This document shows, piece after piece, positions 27,383 to 32,160 of a stretch of 32,160 nucleotides of DNA; the first letter of the stretch is position 1, and each line of letters begins with the position of its first letter. The DNA comes from Candidatus Hadarchaeales archaeon. Its GTDB lineage: Archaea > Hadarchaeota > Hadarchaeia > Hadarchaeales > JAWBSP01. Below the pieces are notes generated by a model. The model did not search any database and was not told the DNA's origin. It worked only from the letters and a program-made list of their open reading frames with translations. Both the position numbers and the translations under genes were made by a program. The stretch covers positions 1-32,160 of the forward strand of contig JAWBSP010000013.1 of NCBI GenBank assembly GCA_038842485.1, given 5' to 3'.

Positions 27383-28842
27383 CTGCTCCCCCTCCCGCCT
27401 TTGACCTCGCAGGATAGCAAGCGGGAGTCGCCTCCTCGCTTTGTGAGTTTTTCGGCTGGGACTCCAAGCTCGCGACTTAAGATTTTGATTATGCGAGGGG
27501 TGCAGTAGCCGCCCTGACACCTCCCCATCCCCGCCCTCGTGCGGAACTTGATCCCATCCAAAGTGGTTGCACCCCTCCGGATGGCCTCCAAGATCTCCCC
27601 CTCCGTCACGTGCTCACACCTGCAGATGAGGTGTCCATAGGCGGGGTTTTGAGAGATCAGCTCCCTCGCCTTTTCCGCCGAGAATTCGCGCGCAAAACGT
27701 TTGATCGGTTGGTGTCCTTCGCGGTATTCGGACTTTTCCCTCAAGTCTAGCCCCCGCTCCCTCAGCAGTTCGACCACAAGTTCGGCGATTGCTGGGGCGG
27801 CCGTCAGCCCGGGCGAGTCGATTCCCGCAACGTTTATGAATCCCTCCACCTCGTCGTAAGCCTCAATCACGAAGTCGCCTGTGCTCGGAACAGCGCGTAG
27901 GCCTGAGTAATTGGTGATTATCTTGTCAAGGTGGGAGGACAAACCTGGGACCAATTTGAGTGCGCCTTCGAGGGCCTCCTTCAATCCGGCGGTCGTTGTG
28001 GCAATGTCGGTTTTGTCCTCTATGTCGCGAGCGGTGGGACCGGCGAGCAGATTTCCGTCAACGGTTGGGACGACCTTAATCCCTTTGCTCAAGGGGGTGG
28101 GGATTGGAAAGAGGACGTGGTTGACCAAACCCCCCAGATCCTTATCGAAGACGAGATACTCGGCCTTTCGGGGAGTTATTTTGAAATGATCGATTCCGAC
28201 TTTTGCTGATATCTCATCCGCGTAGAGCCCGGCCGCGTTGATCACGTAATCCGCCTGAATGTATCCTCGATTTGTCTCAACCCCTTCCACTCTTGTGCCT
28301 CTCAACCTGATGTTCACCACCTCAGTTTGCAGGAGGATCTTTGCCCCATTCCCTGCTGCATTCTCGGCCAGAGCCATTGCCATCTCAACGGGGCTTGTTA
28401 TCCCCACGCTTGGTGCGTAGAGAGCCGCGACGGCTTTCGGGTTCAGGTTCGGCTCCAGCTTCATCAGCACCTCGCGATCCTCTATCATCTGCAGCCCGGG
28501 AACCCCATTCTCCTTCCCCTGGGCCTCCAGCTCACGGAGGATTTTCACTTCTTCATCTTTCAGGGCGACCACTAGGCATCCCACCCTCCTGAGCGGAACC
28601 CCGAGCATTGGGGCGAGTTCATACCACATCGAGTTTCCGCGTACGCACAACTTGGCCATCAGACTCCCCGGCGTGTTGTGCTCACCGGCATGAATCAGAG
28701 CTGTATTTGCTTTCGTGGAGCCGCCGAGACCTATATCAATGGTTTTCTCCAAGAGGATGATCTCTAGATCATACTTCGAGAGCCATTTCGCTATCGCTGC
28801 TCCGACAATCCCGCCTCCAATTATTACAACTTTAGGTTTCAT
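27358..28842 (-). CDS. GlpA-like FAD-dependent oxidoreductase with C-terminal BFD-like [2Fe-2S] domain (glycerol-3-phosphate dehydrogenase-like)
   Basis: IIGGGIVG, TKANTALIHAG, INAAGLYAD, SPGLTAAPA, ICRCE..GMGRCQGGYC. Confidence 0.9.
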   Translation of the reverse strand: MKPKVVIIGGGIVGAAIAKWLSKYDLEIILLEKTIDIGLGGSTKANTALIHAGEHNTPGSLMAKLCVRGNSMWYELAPMLGVPLRRVGCLVVALKDEEVKILRELEAQGKENGVPGLQMIEDREVLMKLEPNLNPKAVAALYAPSVGITSPVEMAMALAENAAGNGAKILLQTEVVNIRLRGTRVEGVETNRGYIQADYVINAAGLYADEISAKVGIDHFKITPRKAEYLVFDKDLGGLVNHVLFPIPTPLSKGIKVVPTVDGNLLAGPTARDIEDKTDIATTTAGLKEALEGALKLVPGLSSHLDKIITNYSGLRAVPSTGDFVIEAYDEVEGFINVAGIDSPGLTAAPAIAELVVELLRERGLDLREKSEYREGHQPIKRFAREFSAEKARELISQNPAYGHLICRCEHVTEGEILEAIRRGATTLDGIKFRTRAGMGRCQGGYCTPRIIKILSRELGVPAEKLTKRGGDSRLLSCEVKGGRGSRWKLTCSL

Positions 28843-29012
28843 TCCTGCGCCTACCGGACCTGATTTATCTTTGATTCTGATCTCTATTAAGGATCTCTGA
28901 TTACGGGGTCAGGATGAGCCAAGTGAACAGATCGCACTCAGGGCCAGCTTCGGAGGATTCGGTATTTAGAACAGTGAGGAGGGAGCATTTGCGGGCAGAA
29001 ATTGTTTACACC

Positions 29013-29351
29013 CTATAGGTGGCTGCGAGCTTCCTTAGAGACACCTCGATTCACTCTTACTATAAAGTGCCAGCCATTTCCCACATCGAGCGTATACAGG
29101 ACTCCAAACTTTCCCCTCCATTTCCAGCCGCGCTCACCAAGCCGTGGGCATCTTTCAAATTTGGTCTTGCCGAGCAACTCATCGATAAAGTCCTCCGTAA
29201 ATTCTTGGCCTACCAAGTCGGCTAGTCTTTCTCGTAGTCTATCAAAATCGAAAGAGGACTGACAATCCAAGCACTTCCAAATGTTTCTCTCAACTTTTCT
29301 CAAAGCATCACCGCAGCACACGGGACACGTCAGGTACAATTCCTCTTTCAT
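29013..29351 (-). CDS. Hypothetical protein with N-terminal zinc ribbon
   Basis: CPVC..WKCLDC; TATA-like TTTAAA about 25 bp upstream. Confidence 0.7.
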   Translation of the reverse strand: MKEELYLTCPVCCGDALRKVERNIWKCLDCQSSFDFDRLRERLADLVGQEFTEDFIDELLGKTKFERCPRLGERGWKWRGKFGVLYTLDVGNGWHFIVRVNRGVSKEARSHL

Positions 29352-29533
29352 GATCGATCTGATCCTAGAGTGGTATTTAAAGCTTCAGGTTCTGGTTCTG
29401 GAAACTTTTCAAAAGAAACAAGACCCTCAAGTCAATTGGAGGATTACCATGCAAGGGCTCTACGGAAAATTGTGGAGCAACACTTTTGCTCAAACTTTGC
29501 CGCTTTAAATGGTACTTCTTCACAAACAACCAA

Positions 29534-30367
29534 ATGAGACCGTGGAAACCCTTTGAAAGGAAGGAAATTAGACTCTTTGGTACCAATAAGACCAATCCCA
29601 AGGATCAAAGCGGCCGGGCCTATGGGAGGAGAAGGGTAACGGAGGGGAACTGTTTGGACCCCGTTAAAGGATGTTCCTCAACCTTCTGCGAGTGGTGCTA
29701 TGCTAGGGAATCCTGCGCCCGCTATCACATCCTCTTCAACGTTCCAGTTCCTCAGGTACTGAGAGAGGATCTGCTTAGGAAGGATCTTAGGATGTGCTCT
29801 TTGGACTGGGTTCGCATAGGTGTGATGGGTGAGCCCTCCGAGGATTGGGAGCTTACAGCAAAAGTGGCAAAAGTATGCGCAGAGGAGGGGAAAAGGGTTG
29901 CGATTATTACACGACTGCTGAAATTGCCAAATCATTCAGAGCTTCAGACACTAGCGGACATTGGAACGGTTATTAATTGGAGCATCAGTCCTACCGATCC
30001 GGTAGAGTTTATCAAGAGCCGCTGGGAATCGGTCAGGACCTATCCCTATCTGGTTCTCAGGCTGCTTACCTTTGCATTCGCCGATGGGTGCGAGGAATCT
30101 AAGATGCAAGCTTGGCTTTCCTCCATACATCCGCATATTCTGGAGCAACCGGCAAGGGTCTTCAGGACGCTAAGGGTTTGGCCCAAGTTGGATCATAAGA
30201 GGTACCATCATCCCCCATCCTATATTGTCGGTTCGAAGGGCCCGAGCAGATGGCTTACAGCAGGTCCGGTGTTGAATGTCCCAGTCTGTTGCGGTCATTG
30301 TTCGTCATGTCCTTGGAAGTGTGGTCTAGTCTTTTTCGAATCTAGCCTGTCGAATCATCGATTTTGA
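29534..30367 (+). CDS. Divergent radical-SAM-like protein (resembles the phage Gp37Gp68/DUF5131 N-terminus)
   Basis: LDPVKGCSSTFCEWCYA (Cx4Cx2C), RIGVMGEP, C-terminal CCGHCSSCPWKC. Start set to ATG 29534. Confidence 0.65.
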   Translation: MRPWKPFERKEIRLFGTNKTNPKDQSGRAYGRRRVTEGNCLDPVKGCSSTFCEWCYARESCARYHILFNVPVPQVLREDLLRKDLRMCSLDWVRIGVMGEPSEDWELTAKVAKVCAEEGKRVAIITRLLKLPNHSELQTLADIGTVINWSISPTDPVEFIKSRWESVRTYPYLVLRLLTFAFADGCEESKMQAWLSSIHPHILEQPARVFRTLRVWPKLDHKRYHHPPSYIVGSKGPSRWLTAGPVLNVPVCCGHCSSCPWKCGLVFFESSLSNHRF

Positions 30368-30401
30368 GAAACTAAATCACTCACCACTTGCAAATTTAGA
30401 T

Positions 30402-30475
30402 GGGCCCGTAGTCTAGCCAGGATAGGACACAGGCCTGCGGAGCCTGGGAGTCGGGTTCGAATCCCGACGGGCCCG
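30402..30475 (+). tRNA. tRNA-Arg(GCG)
   Basis: GGGCCCG acceptor stem, anticodon arm CAGGC-CT-GCG-GA-GCCTG, T arm TCGGG-TTCGAAT-CCCGA. Confidence 0.93.
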
Positions 30476-30533
30476 TTCGCGCCGAGGGATTCCATTTTCC
30501 AATTTTTAAGGAAGTTTAGCCTCAAGCCCCTCA

Positions 30534-30647
30534 ATGAGAGAGCTTACCTGTCCAATGTGCGGCTCGAACAAGGTCAAACCGGTGAAGAGAGGCCTCGGAG
30601 ATGTTAGGTGCTCGAGCTGCGGGTACTGGTGGGCGATAACCCTTTAG
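30534..30647 (+). CDS. 37-aa CPxCG zinc-ribbon microprotein
   Basis: MRELTCPMCGSNKVKPVKRGLGDVRCSSCGYWWAITL*; TATA-like TTTTTAAG at 30503-30510; below the ORF-track length cutoff. Confidence 0.7.
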   Translation: MRELTCPMCGSNKVKPVKRGLGDVRCSSCGYWWAITL

Positions 30648-31594
30648 AGTTCCAGCCTTACCGAATCCAGCAGTTCGTCGAAGGTATGAGGAACAGACAA
30701 ACTGGTGGAAAAAGAATAGCGAACTAAATGAATTCCTTCAGGAGGATGTATGCGTTTGGGTATTCTTTCCGCCAGCAAGACTCCAGCTTTACATTCCCTC
30801 CCTAGTTCTTTCATGTACCGCTCGAGCTGTTCAATATCCTTCCCCGTGCCGGGCCCCAACTTGACCTCGATGGCAACCATCATGTTTTCTCCCCTAGGGT
30901 GGGGTCTCTTGAGGAGGATGTCCACATATCCTTCAGGCAACGCTTTTTCCCCCAAAACCTCCAATTCCTCCCACTCGATGTCCAGATGGTTCAGCAATCT
31001 CTTCAAATTCTCAGGATGGAGGAGATGCTGGCGGAGAACCGATTGGAGTATAACTTCACGGAGAGGGTAGGTGCCTTCCATCCTCTTTCTGCCCCGCACG
31101 AATTTGGGCTCGAATAATTCTGGCGTGCCGGTCTCGGTTCTTGGTTTTTCTGTATCGACCCCACCCATTTTGGAGATTTGCTCAAGCGTGGTACAATCCG
31201 CTTGGAAGTGGGTTTTCCAATACCCACCCCTCTGGAGGAGGTTCTCTGCAATATAGGAGAACTCGGGTCTTGTGAGAGATTCCTTGATTTTTCTTATGGG
31301 CTCTAGCCTCAACCGAAACGGGAACTGGCAGGTTCTCCCGGTTTTCCTGAAATAGATGGGTTTCCAAGGTGGGGGTAAAGATCCTGGATTTTTCACAGCT
31401 TCCTTCCTGACCACTCGGTAAAGGTTGTACGCTTTGGCACCGTATAGGAAGGTGAGGAAATCCCCAATTTTGATGTCGCAATAAGCCCAGACCCCATTTA
31501 TAGTTTCAGGGAAGCCTGCGGTGGCCCACTCGATGCAGAGCCTTAAGTTCTCTTCATTCGAAACCGCGACGAAAAAATATTCCTCCATTTCCAC
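30644..31594 (-). CDS. EVE/PUA-like domain fused to a NucS-like PD-(D/E)XK nuclease
   Basis: N-terminal EENLRLC..IKIGDFLTFLY..FPFRLRLE; C-terminal E..LQ, GYVDILL, IEVK, QLERY, GVLLA. Confidence 0.75.
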   Translation of the reverse strand: MEMEEYFFVAVSNEENLRLCIEWATAGFPETINGVWAYCDIKIGDFLTFLYGAKAYNLYRVVRKEAVKNPGSLPPPWKPIYFRKTGRTCQFPFRLRLEPIRKIKESLTRPEFSYIAENLLQRGGYWKTHFQADCTTLEQISKMGGVDTEKPRTETGTPELFEPKFVRGRKRMEGTYPLREVILQSVLRQHLLHPENLKRLLNHLDIEWEELEVLGEKALPEGYVDILLKRPHPRGENMMVAIEVKLGPGTGKDIEQLERYMKELGRECKAGVLLAERIPKRIHPPEGIHLVRYSFSTSLSVPHTFDELLDSVRLEL

Positions 31595-31758
31595 CTGATC
31601 GGTATTTTTAAAAGATCTTCATAAATCAGCCGAAAGACACGAGTGATATATTGACCCGCATAGGAAGATTTCAAACCCAAATTTCCCAAACTAACTTTCA
31701 CCAGCCAGCCTGCGCAACTCGGATGCGGGTAGCCTAACTGAAGACCAGGTCAGATTCT

Positions 31759-31947
31759 CTAGAACGGTCCCTCCTCTTCCTCCAGTCCGCTCTCTTCCGT
31801 TTCTACGCCCTCCTCCTCGAATGCAGGTTCCTCGGCTACCGGGGTTTCCTCAACCGGTTCCTCCTCGATCACTGGTTTCTTCTTGGCTGGCTTCTTGGCC
31901 GCCGGCTTCTTCTTTCTTCTGCACCCGCCCTTTTTCTTGCCTTTCAT
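31759..31947 (-). CDS. 62-aa bipolar protein (Lys-rich N-half, Glu-rich C-half)
   Basis: Clean ORF with a TATA-like TTTTATA about 22 bp upstream of the ATG. Confidence 0.6.
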   Translation of the reverse strand: MKGKKKGGCRRKKKPAAKKPAKKKPVIEEEPVEETPVAEEPAFEEEGVETEESGLEEEEGPF

Positions 31948-32014
31948 GCTGTATTGCTCTTACTTCGGGTATAAAAGGGGGGCGCCATCCTAGTAAGCCA
32001 GGGTTTGGGTAGCA

Positions 32015-32160
32015 TCACCACCAGCCCAGCCTCGCGTACACCAACCTGAAGGTGACCAACGCCAGTATCCCGACGAGGAGGGGAATCACGCCCAGCCACT
32101 CCACCCCCAGCACGTCCCAGGCGTACAGGGGCTCGAGGATGCCGTATGCGAGCTGCGTGA
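32015..32160 (-). CDS. C-terminal end of a membrane protein (starts beyond the window)
   Basis: ..TQLAYGILEPLYAWDVLGVEWLGVIPLLVGILALVTFRLVYARLGWW*; codon usage like the host genes. Confidence 0.6.
   Translation of the reverse strand, partial: TQLAYGILEPLYAWDVLGVEWLGVIPLLVGILALVTFRLVYARLGWW

Noticed and set aside
28900-31700. Intact provirus or integrative element at tRNA-Arg
   Set aside because: No integrase, structural genes or att duplication visible in the window.
31654-31730. 8-bp inverted repeat ACCCGCAT/ATGCGGGT
   Set aside because: Short, single, and without target duplication; no support for a MITE.

Overview
GC-rich archaeal chromosomal segment, probably from a thermophile; the lineage cannot be fixed from sequence alone. 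Housekeeping content: a partial CARDB-type surface protein, ppdK, trpS, endA, tRNA-Pro(CGG), cdc6/orc1, archaemetzincin, fni, a flavodoxin, tyrS, a radical SAM gene, a pyrFEBIKCD operon, a tautomerase, a ROK kinase, rnfGEAB (no rnfC/rnfD), a MOP-flippase-ApbE fusion and a GlpA-like three-gene cluster. An accessory patch surrounds tRNA-Arg(GCG). The main unexplained signal is an 18-bp perfect palindrome, GTGTTACTATAGTAACAC, found 16 times between 3826 and 25241 as singlets and small arrays, two of them in frame inside a gene. A sister palindrome, TTACCACTATAGTGGTAA, occurs three times at an exact 33-bp period. One copy of the main palindrome sits exactly at the dyad centre of two inverted ORB-like boxes (10737-10846), next to an unknown gene with a possible Cas2-like fold and 3.5 kb from cdc6. 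Several intergenic gaps hold gene scars in which a 5' end is joined to a 3' end, often next to a palindrome copy.
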